Shown: piece by piece, positions 1 through 14,374 of the stretch
Position numbering within the stretch: position 1 is the stretch's first letter
How the letters are laid out: each line of letters opens with the position of its first letter
IMG/VR virus record: IMGVR_UViG_3300009703_000014
Location: 2,236 to 66,235 of that record
Source: a virus
Length of the DNA stretch: 64,000 nt
Strand: one strand, 5' to 3'
Notes under the pieces: generated by a model
Told to the model about the DNA's origin: nothing
What the model saw: only the letters and a program-made list of their open reading frames with translations
Databases searched by the model: none
Made by a program: the position numbers and the translations under genes

Positions 1-1
1 T

Positions 2-1858
2 ATAGCTTCTTTAATTACTCTTTTAATGACTGCTTTAAGAGGCGTTGAGCTTATTATATTATATTATGCAGCTACACATCTTTCTTTGATGCTGCATTAC
101 CGTAAAAAACTTGGGGGCCTCTTAATAAATGAGCTCTCCCTTTTATTAGATTTTATAGACGCTGTTAATAATGTCCTTGGAAATGATAATGCTTCTTGAA
201 CTGAAATAAGTGCGGCTTCTGAATATGTAAGGGCCGCGGAACTTCGAGTTGGTTTTGAGGTAGGGCGATATAATACCTCTAAAAGTATTAGTTTGAATAA
301 CATAAATAGAAGCATTGACTACATTGATTCTGCTAAAAATGCCTTATCTGGTGGGATTATGGAAGGTATAAAAAATGAGCTAAACAGCCTCCATGTTGAG
401 TCTGGGTTAGGGCCTTTAAATGATTATGTTTATGTAGATACTTGGCAAGGAATGTCTATCCCAAACTTCTCTGGATTCCAGTCTTACTTTAAAGACTTAA
501 AGGCTATAATAGCTGAAAAGTATGTGAGCAGTTTGCCGCCAGACGACCCTAATTATGAAGCAGACTCCTTAGCTAAAAAGCAGGCGCTGTTTGACTTTAT
601 TATGAAATTAATGCCCATGTTACCCAAGATCTTACAAGCACTTTTAATGACTAACATTGTAGAGCATGCCAGTGATACACTAATTGAAAAGCTCCCTATA
701 TTTATCGCTCTTAATAAAAAACAGCGTAAAAAGCTTAATAAAATGTTATCCCCACCAAACGCCGCAGAAGAAATAATGGATAGCTTAGAACCGGCACCAC
801 AACCTATATTTTTTACTGACCCTAAGACAAAAGACCTAACATATCAAACTGCGTTAACGGGTGTTAAGATAGCGGAAGCTGCTATCTTAATGTTTCCATC
901 TTACTGGAATTTTTTAAACCAAACAAGCTTTTTAGCTGGGACTTTTTTAAGACCAGCGCTTGATAAATTGAAGAGCATTAGACAGGATATGGGTGAGTGA
1001 GTGAGTGGTGAAAATCCAGGAGCTGACTCTATTTGAAAAGTTCAAGGTAAAAAAATAGCATGGACTACTAAGCTTTCTGCCATTAAAGGCCATCTACAAG
1101 TATTAGCGGGTAATGACTCTCTTAGCCAGTCCTTGGGAATAAATTCGACACAAGTTGCCGAAGAGGCTGACGATGCTTTAGAGAAACTTGACATATTAAG
1201 AGAAGCCATCACAAGTAGGCACGTACATGCTGATAAGTCCCCCAGAACAATCCCGGGAGATACTGCTTTTAATATAGCACAAAAATATTTGATAATGCTT
1301 AGCAGTGGAAGTGTTTTTTCTTTGTTTGGTAAGAATACACATGTGGTGGGCGGTATTCAAGGAGCAAGAATAGCCCTAAAAGCTCAAATGCAAGAAGACC
1401 AAGACCTTATAAATATATGCACTTCTTTTACAAAAGAAGTGGAAGAAATGACCACTTTTCCAGCAATTAAAAAAGCATTTGATGATATGCTAAAATCCCT
1501 AGAGGGGTCTGTAGCTGGAGGTTTGCTAAGCGACCTACAAAATGGAGACTTATCTAATTTAGTATCTCAACTTCAAAATGTGGCAGCCCTAAGTGAGATG
1601 GCTAACTTGCTATTTTGTTTAGGAGAGTACACAACGGGAATTTTTGCAGACCCACAAGCCCTTGCTTTAGGAACTTTTATGGGCGTGGACCTTCAAGATA
1701 AAAAAGAATTAGCGCAATTTAAAAGCTGATGGGCTTCAAAAGAAGCAACAATAGATAACTTAAAGGACCAGCAAGCCGTCTTAGCAGATACTACTCAAAT
1801 GGTAGAGTCTGCTATAGAAACTGCCTCTGGTTTAATGTCGTCAATGGAGACTGTATAA
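2..1858 (+). CDS. Hypothetical virion/tail-region protein, 5' end outside window (>618 aa with TGA=Trp)
   Basis: One frame from base 2 to TAA 1856-1858 joins ORF-track pieces 293-1000 and 1133-1729 through four TGA codons; followed by a GGAGG RBS for the next gene. Confidence 0.75.
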
Positions 1859-1870
1859 GGAGGCTTTATT

Positions 1871-2308
1871 ATGAGTTTAATAGATATACAATTAGTAGAT
1901 TTTTTAGAAGATAGCTCTTCTATTAGATTTCATTACCCTTTAGGAGGAAATGTTTCTGAAGGGACTAATAACTTGATTCAGATGTTAATAAAGCGTATAT
2001 TGACTATAAGGGGAAGCAATGAGCTTGAGCCTACCGTAGGAAGTAATTTTTATGGATTGTTTGGTACTATCAATTACCAGGAGGCGGAATCTATAAAAGA
2101 GAATTTTCCTCTTTTATTATCGAGCTTAGTAGAAAATATAAAACAGGAACAAACAGAGGCAGAACAGGAGAACTCCAGATTAGAGCCTTCTGAAAAGCTT
2201 AAGGACCTTACAATGCAGTCTGTCGTATATGATGACCTTTTAAGTGGATGAATCATACAATTAAAAGTAGAGACAGAAGCAAATCAATTTTTTGTAGTAA
2301 CTATTTAG
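1871..2308 (+). CDS. gp25-like baseplate wedge protein (145 aa, 1 TGA=Trp)
   Basis: LIQMLIKRILTIRGSNELEPTVGS resembles gp25-like proteins. Readthrough gives LLSGWIIQLKVETEANQFFVVTI and stops at TAG 10 nt before the baseplate J-like gene. Confidence 0.75.
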
Positions 2309-2318
2309 AGAGTATAAT

Positions 2319-5300
2319 ATGGCCACAAATATAAAAAATTTCATTATAGAACAGTTAAAAAGCGCAAACCCTGCTATGGACACTCGCCCTGGAAGTGTTC
2401 TGCGTGACTTACTTGTTAATCCCCTAGCGCTCGTTTTAGAGGGATACCAGCAAGATCATAAAAGAATGTTGGAGAGGCAGACTGTATCAAATATCGGCAG
2501 CTTATCTGAGGATGAGCTCGATGCCGTAGCTTCAAATTTCTTAATATCTAGAAATAAAGGGACTAAATCTACAGGCTATGTTCGCCTTTACTTCTCTTCT
2601 CCAAAAGCTTTTACTATACCTAAAGGAGCGCGGTTTAAAACTGCGGACGGTATACTATTTGAAACAACTTATGCTTTTACAGTATCCCGATTACAGATGG
2701 AGCAGAATACACTAGATTATCCTAACTATGATACAGGCCAAGTGCCTGTGCAATCTGTTCTTGAGGGTGCAAATACAAACATCCCTGCTAATAGTTCTTT
2801 TACCTCAACAGGGAGTTTGCCCTCCTCTCCTATAAAAATAAATAATACCGGTGCTTTCTACGGCGGGATTGAGAAAGAAACAAACGATAAGTTATATAAT
2901 AGGTTAGTAGATGCAGTAAATAATAAATCTTTAGCAGCCCCTACTGCCATTAAAAGCGGGATTAAGGACTTAATTTCAAGTGTGGTTGATGTGGACGTAA
3001 TAGGAGCCGGGCACCCTTTAATGGTTAGGGATTTAACAAATTTAGCGGAAACTGTGGCTAATTATAAATCACACGATTTTACCTATACTTACTCTGGGCT
3101 ACATAGCGGTGATTATGATAAAAAACATATGGCCCTAACTGGCCACTTTATTGACATAGATCCTACTGCCGATGTATCTTACCCAGAGGTTTCAGGGTGA
3201 AGTAAGGAGTTTTCTAATGACATGTATCAGGGGTTATATAATAAAACAGACCTGAGTTACGCAGAAGATTCGTCTAAAATTATTGTGCGGGAGTACTTTG
3301 AGGATTTACTGGATAATGAAGCCCCCCAGCAAGACCTGGCGTACTTAGCTACAAGCGGTGGGTGACAGTTTCATGACGGAGTTAATGGGAATAACCAGAT
3401 GTTCTACTTAGATGAGATTTCAGTATCTAATAATAAATTGCGGCTTGGAAAAACCCTGGATCCAACGAGTGTGGACGCCACCTTACAAATACCTTTAGCC
3501 ATGCTGTCAGGTATATATGATTTAGCAGGATCAGCTATCCAAGGAACTACGGAGGAGGCGATTAACCAGCTAGAGGATTTAATACAACCCAGCAACTTTA
3601 ATAATACGAGTCCAATCTTCCACAAACAAATTGACCAACATCTTGGAGTTAAACTTCAATGCGAAATATCTACAACTGATGGAACTGAAAACGGGGAAAT
3701 GTGTTATATAACGTTTTTAAGAAACTCTGAAAAATATTTGCCTCATGATGGGTATGGGTTGGGTTGGAGAAAGCAGCCGTCTTTCCTAATTAGGATAAAT
3801 AACAATACACATACTTCAGAGGATATTGCCCAATTTGTTGAGGAGTATGGAGTGACGGAGGAAGTAGCTTTAGGGTTGGTAGGGCAACTTTCTAATAGCG
3901 TAAATAAAAAATATTGGAAGTATAATATATACTTGGTAGATAATGACATTTTACAAGAAGAGGTTTGAATAGGACACGACATGCTTTGGGATCAAACTAG
4001 CGGACGTAACCAGTTTTTGCAAGCAGCTAAAACTTGAATAGAGCCTAACGAAACCTATAATGTTAAAATGAAATTATTTCCGCAGCTAGCATTCCAATGC
4101 TGGATTTGGAATAATGGGGTAACTTTTGATGATACCACACATCAGGTCTTAGACCGAGGCCAAACCTACCCTCCATATGTTCCAGTTTCTGGTGATGTTA
4201 AAACATACACAAGTGGATTAGAAAGTCTCGATGCAAATAGAAGTCATTTTGGTATAGCCGTAGCGCAGACTAGAAACTATATATGATCTTTTGATGATTT
4301 AGTTATTAATTCCTTTGTTGAAACCTTTCCCATGCATTTATTTAGATTTAAAGTGGACAGTACATATTTTAATCCAGGGAAGGACGCCACTTTTAGCTAT
4401 CATGGTGTAGGCTATGATCCTTTAGAGTATGCTATCGATAATAACACGGGCAATAGTAAGGTTAAGGTTGGAGTATATAACGAGGCTATGGGTGCTTGGC
4501 AAGACTTAGGATCGCATGAGTCTACGATCGATAGTGATCGCGCTACACAAAAAATTCAAAAGACTATTAGTCCTTTAGGTAATTATTTAGATTCTGAGGG
4601 GTTTGTTAACTTTGCTGCTACTCCTGCAAATTCTGGGCCAGGCTTTGAAGATAATGTGGAACACTCTTTACGTACCTACCATTGTGAAATAAATAATACA
4701 GCTATGGGAGGCATACATAGGGGCAATGCCGTAGATATCTATGTGCACGACCCTCAAAACACAGCCGTTGGAAGTGCCGTAATGACAATGGATAGCAGTG
4801 TTTTAAATGTATGGACTATGCCAGGCGTGTCAAGTTATATACAAGAAATATTGGAAGTAAGAGAATTTACATCCCAACTTTCTTTAGATAAGTCTACTTG
4901 GTCTCTGTCTTACTTAAGCGATGGAAATACTTACGGAGCGATGTCTCAGCCACAAATCACTTTTGATTTAGATAACATGTCGGGCACTATTATTGAAGTA
5001 GTTTATAGACATCTCACTTCTGGAACCTCTATTGCATCTTACTTAAGTAACCCTGATACTCGATACCCAGCAGCAGACCAAATGGTTAAAGTAATGCCCC
5101 CAGCTCGAATTAAAATTAATGGTTTAAAGTACGCAGGCGGTATAGATGAAGTAAATATGCGACAAGCTATAGCTACTTATTTTAATACTTTAGAAGATAC
5201 CTCTTTTGATAAGTCTGATCTAGTAAATCTTTTGTATGCTAATGGGGCTTCTTTTGTAGATTTAGATATGCTTATTTTTATATATCAGTACAATACAGAA

Positions 5301-5411
5301 GGAGTTCAGCAAATTATACCAATGACTGCACAGACTTACAAGATACCAATAACTACAATAGCAAGGTTTTTTTGTAGTGAGGGAGACTTACTAGGAGTAG
5401 AGCGTGTTTAA
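2319..5411 (+). CDS. Baseplate J-like wedge protein (1030 aa, 5 TGA=Trp)
   Basis: N-terminus DTRPGSVLRDLLVNP...LDAVASNF.ISRNKG.KSTGYV...IPKGARFKTADG is BpJ-like. ORF pieces 2319, 3399, 4068 and 4332 share one frame separated only by TGA. Confidence 0.85.
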
Positions 5412-7248
5412 TCCTAAAACTACAGCAAACTTTGACGCGCTCTGAGACAAGCTAGGTACGTTTTATACTCTTGTAGAGCCAGAAAGTAAAAAAATTATTC
5501 AAGATTATTGGGAGGCCTTATTTAACGGTTTGGAGGGCCTGCATTATGATTTAGCACAAGCACATTTAGTACCCTACTTAGAGCATTCAAGAGGTTACTT
5601 GGAAGATGCTTTTCAAGACCGAACTGTAATATTTGAAGGGTCTGAAAAAAATTGTGAATCAACTTACTATATGTCTCCTATAGGATCCGGATATTCAACA
5701 TCACCTGTTATAAGTGGAGCGTCCTACGAATATAAGGTTTCTTCTGTTTATAACTATGGATCCTCCATTGCCAGTCCTTCTTTTTTTGTAGGAAGCGCAG
5801 ATACTATAAGTGGCCTTACTTCAAACCCAATACAGTTGGAGTGGCCTAGTGTTTCGGGAGTAAGTCACTACAACATTTATGGGCGTTCTCCTGGCTTAAA
5901 ACCTGCTTTATTACATACTACTTCCGCCACTTCGTGAGTTGATAGTGGTATTGTCAGCCAGCCGCCCGAAGCTGATTATAAAGAAGAACACCCTATTTGG
6001 CCAGTTAAGGAGCATGCGGCAGTTAAAAACTTTATATATACGTTGACAGACACTGAACAATACTTGACTGTTCCTGTATTAAGTGGAATAAATACAGAAC
6101 AAACCTTACTGGAAAATGTGGACTACGAAGTGAATGCAACTACTAGATTAAAGTTTTTAAACCCAATACATAAAACCTTTTTAAAAGTATGGGAAGGAAG
6201 GGAAGACGCATCACATACATCCTACCAAACTGGCTCTTCTACTAAGTTTATTATACAAGGACAGCAGGCACCTGATTTACAATTAGTTAGGGGTATAAAA
6301 TATACCTTTGATTGTAGGGAGCTTTCTGAGACATTCACCATATATAGTGGTGTAGCAGATCCAATTAACACCGTCCTAGCTGATTCATCAGACAACTTAT
6401 TCAGCTTTATTCCAGATAATACTACGCCATCTACAATTTACTATGGGAGTACGAGTTTAAGCGGGATGGGTGATTCTATCACAGTTGTTGATTCGTTGAC
6501 AGATACTATACACATCGATGACTCACAAGTTTTGCTCTATAATGGGGCAGATTTTTTAATTCCCAGAGCTTATAAAATTTTACCTACTATCACAAATATA
6601 TACTTAAAAGGTTTAGGGGCAAAAGATCCTAAAGAGGTAATAAACTCAGAAATGTATCCTCCTTTTTTAAGTGGGTGATCCACAGAAGAAATATCTTATG
6701 AAGACAGACGTAAACTTTATGGGGACCACTTAAAGAATTGGTGCTATGCAATGTCAGCCATATCAAACCAGCCCCCTGCTCTGCATAACCTAGAAAACCT
6801 ATACTCACTAACAAAAGGATTTCCTTTTAGCTATCATCCTTGTATCGTAGAATCCCTAACCGTGAGTGGCGGCCTCTCGTATTTAAATACCTTGGGAGAT
6901 GAGGGATTTGCAGATATCTGCTACGCAATAGATAGCCAAATGTCTCTAAATTACGGCGTAGGGGACCATATTGACAAATTTTCTATATTAGTGTCTGGAA
7001 TTAATTTTTATGATAATGAAAAAAGCCCAGAAACTGTTAGTAGTATACTGGGTAGGGAGGGGGAAACATACGAGTTTGATGTGTATCCTAAGTGGATTAC
7101 AGCTACTACTTTAGAGCTGCATCCGTACCCTTCTGACTCTTCACACTTTATACGACCTAACACCCTGAGCAGCTCACTAGTTGATGAAGCTTTGTCTAAC
7201 GTGACTACAGAAGCGTCTGTATATATACCACCTGCGGAGGATATATAA
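5404..7248 (+). CDS. Baseplate/tail-associated structural protein (614 aa, 3 TGA=Trp)
   Basis: GTG start after GGAG; pieces 5530, 6043 and 6751 joined in frame by TGA; TAA overlaps the next ATG. Confidence 0.75.
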
Positions 7249-8162
7249 TGGCTGCCCCTATTTTACACATGCAGCAAAATAAGGAATATACAATAAACCA
7301 GTACCTCACGGATCATTTACTAATAATCGGGTCGGATGGGCTTGGGGGATCTGAAGACTTTACAAATGAGTTAGAGACAGGCCTTACTCATTATTATAAA
7401 ACTACGGAAGGGGTAAAACATTTAGGCCTTACTAATTGATCGGCTGATGACTTATGCTTCTATACTGGAGCTTCTAAAACAGCAGAGTCAATTAAAGTAT
7501 ATAGGTATAAAACTACTTTCACGCCGACAGAAGCTCATGGCGCAACTGTTTTTTATAAGTGCATTTTACACCCCAATGAGGGAGGGCAAATCAATATACT
7601 AGAGGGTCCGGGCGATGTAATAAATAGCGAAGAAATCCATTATTTATTAGGCATTCAACAAACAAATAGAACTTATGGAATTCCGCATAGCAGTGAAATA
7701 GCAGAAAACTTTTTAGCAAATAACATACCTGCCGGACTTTCCCCTAAACTTTTTAATTTTGCACCTCAAGTATCAGCACAGGTAGGCGATTCTCGGTGGT
7801 ATTCTCCTGCTACAGGAGATAATGAAATTTTACTTTCTGGCTTGATTGTTGACCCAGAAAACGATATATTAACATATAAGTGGTCACAAATTTTTCCAAC
7901 AGAGGGAGCTTTAACTGGCTTAGAGTTGATGGGGGAGTTTGCGGATGATACCGCATTAGAAACCACTTTTACAATCCAGTCAGGAGAAACTCCTCCGGTA
8001 GACACAGCTTACACTTTTAAGCTTACAGTGAGTGATTCGAATAATAGTGTGTCAGACACAATCGACGTTCTAGTATCTGGATTAGATACCTTTGACTTAT
8101 TCTCAGATACCGGGTTTGGTTTCTCAGATATAAACTTAACATTTGACTCTCTAGATAACTAG
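7248..8162 (+). CDS. Structural protein with C-terminal PKD/Ig-like domain (304 aa, 1 TGA=Trp)
   Basis: Continuous frame through TGA 7437; IVDPENDILTYKWSQ...YTFKLTVSD is typical of PKD/REJ-like modules. Confidence 0.7.
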
Positions 8163-8177
8163 AGTAGGAGACTATAT

Positions 8178-10202
8178 ATGCCTAGTACATATACAACTTT
8201 ATCTGGAACAAATACTCCATCTGAAATGGTTACAGCATGGAATAATAACTTCCCTCTTATAGCGCAAGATATATCAAGTCTTAAAGTTTTAACTTCAGCC
8301 GTCAGTGGAACTAGTGTAGGAACTACTAGTAGCCAAACACTTACTCAAAAAACGATGGTATCTGACGATATAGGCGCAACAGGAAACTTATTTACTTTAT
8401 CACGTCTTGACTTAAGCAGCACTCAGGAGTTTATACGGGTACAGACTCGATGAGTAGACCCCACCAACAGTAGTAGTTCTTTAACAGGCCTTATTTCTGA
8501 TATTATACCTGGAAGTGATGGTTACAGTACAATAGATGCTGGCGGTAAGGGGATATATAATCTCGTGATAAGTGGTGGAAATGGAATTAAAGCTACAGTA
8601 TCAGAGCAAGAGCTGCATTTCAATATGGATGATAACATGGTTTTAAACGCATCGGGACAAAGTTTTTTATTTGGGGCTTCAGCAATAAAAAGTGGGTTTG
8701 ATTTTGATGTTTCAGGAAGCGCTTTATATAGAGGAAGTCTAGTAATTTCAGATGACTCCACACCCGACAATCCTTTAGATAGCGCAACTTTAGATATAGG
8801 AGAGCTTGGTAAAGCACAAATTAACTTACGGTCTGGTAAAAATTCAACAGCTGACCATAGTATAATTAAATATTACAATAATGCTGCACATAAATGGACT
8901 CTAGGCAAGAACAACTCAGATGCCTTCTATTTAAAAAACGCCGATATAACCAATAATATATTTGAAGTAAATCACACAACAGGTAATATAGGCTTTTTTG
9001 GGCAACCTGATACTGCCAGTGCTTTTAAAATTACTGGAGCATCCAAGATCGTCGGGAACTTAGATGTAAGTGCGGATATTACTACTGGAACGTTTAAAGG
9101 CATTTTACATACTGACACAGTAACTACTGTCTCTATTACAGATGCTAATGTAACTTTAAATAAGTTGGCCGCCAACTCTGTAAGTAGTGCTAAGATTGTG
9201 GATGGCAATGTAACCACTGTAAAAATAGCGGACGACGCAGTAAATGCGTCAAAACTTAACAATGACATTGCGGGTGATGGAATTACTATAACAAACGGAG
9301 TTCTTACTCCTACTGTGGATAATAGCTCTATTGAAGTATCTAGTGGAAATTTACAAGTTAAGAGCGGGGGTATATTAGCAGCACACATAAATAGTCAGGC
9401 AGTAACTAAGGCAGAAATACATGCAAATATAGCTGGGGCCGGCCTAACAGGGGGTAATAACAGTGGTTTAAGTGTTGTCACAGATAATAGTAGTTTAGAG
9501 GTATCGGGAAATACAGTTGTAATTAAAGATCTTGGAGTACAAACTGGTCACCTTGCAAACGATGCCGTAACTAATAGCAAGATAGCAAATAATGCGGTCG
9601 ATACTGAGCACATAACTACTAATGCCGTGGGCACTAGCGAGATTAAAGACGGTGCCGTAACTAATAGCAAGATAGCAAATAATGCGATAACAGGCGCTAA
9701 GATTGGAGGAAGTGCTGTTGGAGGTAGTGAACTTAGTGGTACTTTGTCCGGACCTCATAATTTTACGGGTAGTATTAGTTTTGCTAATGATTTAACTGTG
9801 GGCGGTGATACTCTATCTCCTAACGGCCAAGTACCTGTAGGTAGCGTTGTAGCCTGAGTAGGGGGCTGGCACGGAGTAAGCGGGTCTTTAGGCACAGCAG
9901 TGGGAGTACCTACAGGCTCTTGGAAGGAATGCAATGGGGGGACAGTAACTGACTCAGAAAGTTCCATGAATGGTAGTACTGTTCCTAATCTAAATGGAAC
10001 AGGTGACACTAGCAGAATCTTTTTAAGAGGGACTAGCAGTAGTGTGGGCAGCACTGGAGGAAATACAACGCATGCGCACAGTTTAAGTGGATCTAGCAAA
10101 GGAGATGGAAATGGCAGCCCTCGCTGGGGGAAAACAACTAGTAGCGATGCTGATCATATACCTCCATATTTTCAAGTAAAATATATAATTAGGATCAAAT
10201 AG
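8178..10202 (+). CDS. Tail fibre with 10-aa AVTxxKIA repeats and C-terminal tail-collar domain (674 aa, 2 TGA=Trp)
   Basis: Collar motif VPVGSVVA[TGA=W]VGGW...WKECNG and C-terminal HIPPYFQVKYIIRIK; DAVTNSKIANNA repeats. Confidence 0.85.
9563..9686 (+). repeat. 34-nt exact direct repeat, 90-nt period, inside tail fibre
   Basis: TGCCGTAACTAATAGCAAGATAGCAAATAATGCG at 9563-9596 and 9653-9686, encoding AVTNSKIANNA. Confidence 0.9.
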
Positions 10203-10212
10203 GGGATAAACA

Positions 10213-13200
10213 ATGAAAAGAATTAAGGTTCCATCGGGTAGTATACAAAAGTTAGAAACAGTTTTTGACGAACTTCAAACAAATGTCCAAGAAAATTTAG
10301 TAGGACACACAAACCTGTGATTAGAGTCTGGAGGTATTGACTTAAAAGTCATGAACTCTGTGATAGACAGCGCTTCCTCTGCTTTTAAAGTAGATCTTGC
10401 TACCACAGCTGAACACCCTACTAGGTTAACTATCAATAAGGGTACAGCTATTTTTCCCAATGGGGAGGTATCCACAATAAGCTCTAGCTATGACTTTGAG
10501 CCTACTTCTTTACAACCGGATTCTTACTACCTTATAGTGTGTAAACAGATAGAATTAGGAGCGTCTCCAATTCCTTCACAGACAGCTTTCTTGTTTGATA
10601 CCTCAGGTAACACGCCCTACTCCACAAAAAATACAAAATTCACTAATAGTTTTGAAATCGCTACTTACTTAATAACAGATACCACTTATTCAGAACTCCC
10701 TATAGATGATAGAAGAATAAATGTGGCTATTGTAAAAACAGGGACTGTTGGACAAAGCTATCAATGAGCGACAGGGTGGGCAGGAACTGATGGCGAAGCT
10801 TCTGTAGAAGGGGTTATTGATTTAAGAGCCCACAACACTAGAAGAATAAATGAAAATATACTAGATGACTCTAAAATACTATTTAAGGATAGAGATTCTA
10901 TAGGTGCTAATAAAATTCAAGGGGGCATAGAAGCCTCTGGAGCCATTATAGGTGGCACACTACAGTCCAACGGCAGTCTTTCTGTTTCTGGGGTTTCTAC
11001 CCTTGAAGGGGCTTTGAATGTAATAGAAGACTCAACTGACCTATCAGTTACTTTTTCTGCACATGGGACAAATTATTTAAAACTAGCAAATTTAACATCT
11101 CCTAGAAGCTGCATTATAGCCACCGATTCTAATCCTTTTGCTGTGGCAATCAGCGGCCAATTATTGAGCGACGCTTCTTTTAATATAAGTGCAGCTGGTA
11201 AGACAGCTTTAGGGCCTGCAGCGGGCGCATCAAACGCTAGCCAAACTTTAGAAATTATAGACCAAGGACAGGATATAAATAGCGGTGTGAGGCTGTCTGC
11301 TTTAAGTTTAACAAATGCAAATGCCAAGAATACAGTTTTCGATATATATGCAGTAAACAACGATTCCGGAAGCGGGGCAGGTAAGCTAGTTATAGCTCCT
11401 ATAGAGGAAGACCGCTTTACAGACTTTCAAAGCACGTCTGGGGTGTCCGTACTGCAAATTAATCCAACAAACAACCAGATAATAGTAGGTACCAATAATA
11501 GCAATATAGGAACATCCTCGGCTTTATATGTTAAAGGTAATACATACATAAGTGGGTCAATCGTATCTTTAGGCGCAAATTCCGTTTTTAGTAATAGTGA
11601 GTTTAATAGAAATGGAGCCGGGGATAACGCAATAACTATTAAAGGAAGCAGCTCTTTCGAACCTTATGCGACAGGAGAGGCAACAACTTTAAGTGTGGCT
11701 GCTGGGGTTCCAGTAAGCTTAGGCGATTCTTTAAACGTATCTAGTACATTGGATGTTACATCAGATAGTACATTTAGTGATATTTATATAAGTGGTGGCG
11801 TAAAAACATCACTAAATATTGATGGAGATCTATCTTCTACGGGACACACCACATCATCAGGTAATACTAATGTTTTAGGTGCATTAACCGTAAGTGGTAA
11901 TACTACTTTAGGGGCTTCCGCTAGTAATTCTATATCCTTAATAGGCACAATAGATACTCTGAGCGCAAACCAAATTAGTGTAGCAGAGTACCTATATGCC
12001 CAAAATTCAGAAACACATTTAGGGGTTATAAAATGGAAAGGAGGCGCTAACGACACTACCAGAGTAGCAGGCGTATCGGCGGACGGTAGTATGACAATAG
12101 GGGATAATCAAAATAACACGATGCCTTCTGATAGTTTACGTGTCCATGATGAGAGCCACTCTATTCTTAGATTAACTAGCCCTTATGGGTCTTCTTTTAT
12201 TTTTGGGGATGGTAGTTCTTCAGAAAATTTTAAATTAACCACTGCACCCGACTACTCCTATTTAAATATAGGAGCTAATATAAGTGGGACTGGTATACAG
12301 ATTAATGCAAATAATGCAATTACTATGGAAAATGCTACAGTTGCCTCATTAGCAGTCACAGATTCGTTAGATATCCAAACATTGCTTACCGTACAAACTT
12401 TAAATGCGTCGGCAGCTTCTATAGGATCAGTAAATATAGATGGAAATTCTTTAGAAGTATTGGGGACTTTAACTGCTACGGACTCTGCGGCATTTATTGA
12501 TGATTTACATGTTAGTGGTATTTCAACAGATGATGATGGTTCAAACTTAATTATTAGGGGTACATCTTCTGAAGAATTTAGAGTAGGTGTAGGTGGCTCG
12601 GTAGCTGCAGGTAAACTGGTTAAGCTAGTTGAAGATGGTTTTACGACACCGTCCTTTTTTAGAATATATGATTTTGGGCCCTCTCCAGATAAGAGCTCTA
12701 ACATGGCTTACATTTCATTTAAGTGGAACTTTGATAATTTAAATATAGCTACAAATTTTGATGATGGAAATGGGCCAGACTTAAAAAAGGTACAAATTAA
12801 TGGATCCTATGATGCTTTAGAAGACACCCTTATTTTTAGTGGATTATCCCAGGCAGCCGTTGCTGGAAAAAGTCTAAGGTTTTCTAGCGGAAATCAGTAT
12901 GCTATTGACACTTATACTTCCGCTACAATCAGCGGCACGCCAGTCCATTATCTTACTTTAAATGAAGATATAGATACAAGCGCTGACGGTCCAAGCTCTA
13001 GTTCACCCCCTCGAATTATTGATACAAATTGTAGGGGCTATAAAATTAAAATAACAAAAACAGACAACGATGGTAATGCTACGCCAGAAAGGAATACTTA
13101 TGACTTAGACAGTGACTATATCTACCACCCTACTTTTATAACCTCTTTACAGACAGGCGGTAAATACAGGTTTGAGTTAAAACCCTATAATAATGATACA

Positions 13201-13890
13201 GACGGTAATTGGGCAGCCATGAGTGCCTCTTCTTATGATCCGGATCATGATGGTAATGGAGCTCAGACTCCTATTGCTTATGGATTTCCTTTTGTAGCAG
13301 ATTTACCCGCTTTAGGGGACCCAGGTACCTTAACCTTAGAAGGAACGGCCTTTGGCTTTAATATTAATATTGCTGGGTGGGAATCAGCTACAGACACAGA
13401 TCAAACTGCTCATGAATGGGAAGTTATCTACGGTACAAGTTCTGGCATTAACTTTGCAGACTTTACAAATACCACACATATTACTACAGCTAACAGACTA
13501 ATACCTATCAATGCTAATGTGCCTTCAAGATTCTATGTAAGCGCTAGACCCTTACAAAATAAAAATGTAGTTGGAACACCTATATCTGCTAACGTTATCG
13601 CTGGGGGAGGAGGTATCCCTCCTACAGATTCCTTATTAGCGGGACCTACGGATTTTAGCGTTATAGTGCACAGCGGTGTAATTACACAGTGCTACTCAGG
13701 CATGAATGCATATGATATTGAAACACAAGAAGTAGAGACAGGGGGTGCTAGTTTAATATTTAGTAATGGAACCCTTACTGGTAAAACAATTAGTTTCCCG
13801 TCGCTGGTAGGTGGATCTGACTTTCAAATCCTTAATAATTACTTGACAGAAGATAACGACCCGATTGGAACACAAAACCCCGCATCATAG
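10213..13890 (+). CDS. Large tail/tail-fibre protein (1225 aa, 2 TGA=Trp)
   Basis: Pieces 10351 and 11014 joined via TGA from ATG 10213; Ser/Gly/Thr-rich beta-type composition with FN3-like C-terminal segments. Confidence 0.75.
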
Positions 13891-13901
13891 GAGAATAGGC
13901 A

Positions 13902-14366
13902 ATGCCAACTACTAATACAATTTTATTAGATACAGACTTAGATTCATTTGTGTCCACCTCTGCAGGGGGTGGCGCTATTTCAGGTGCCGTAGCAGATTTA
14001 TGGACTATAGGCAGTAGTGAAGAAGCTCGTCTTATACAAAAAATAGAAAACTTACCCATAGACTACATAATTACTTCTTTTATAGTAACATGCTCCGCGC
14101 TTTCGGGGGGAACTGGTTTCATCAGAATTTATCAAAAAGATAGAGAGTCTGAAGCGGCTTATTTAGAAATTCCTGCTGCACAAACAAATGGTTATTCAGT
14201 TAACCCTAACTTAATTATTTCAGAGGCGCAAGGTGAGCGTACTATAATTATTGATGCATATGATCCCAGCGATTCCGCCCATAATACTGTGCAAATTACT
14301 GGAAAGACTTATATTATAGCAAAACCTTATATAGCCGGAACAGCTAATACAGCTACTAGCTCGTAA
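13902..14366 (+). CDS. Hypothetical structural protein (154 aa)
   Basis: ORF track; GGAG RBS; tight packing in the tail cluster. Confidence 0.7.
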   Translation: MPTTNTILLDTDLDSFVSTSAGGGAISGAVADLWTIGSSEEARLIQKIENLPIDYIITSFIVTCSALSGGTGFIRIYQKDRESEAAYLEIPAAQTNGYSVNPNLIISEAQGERTIIIDAYDPSDSAHNTVQITGKTYIIAKPYIAGTANTATSS

Positions 14367-14374
14367 ATTAATGT

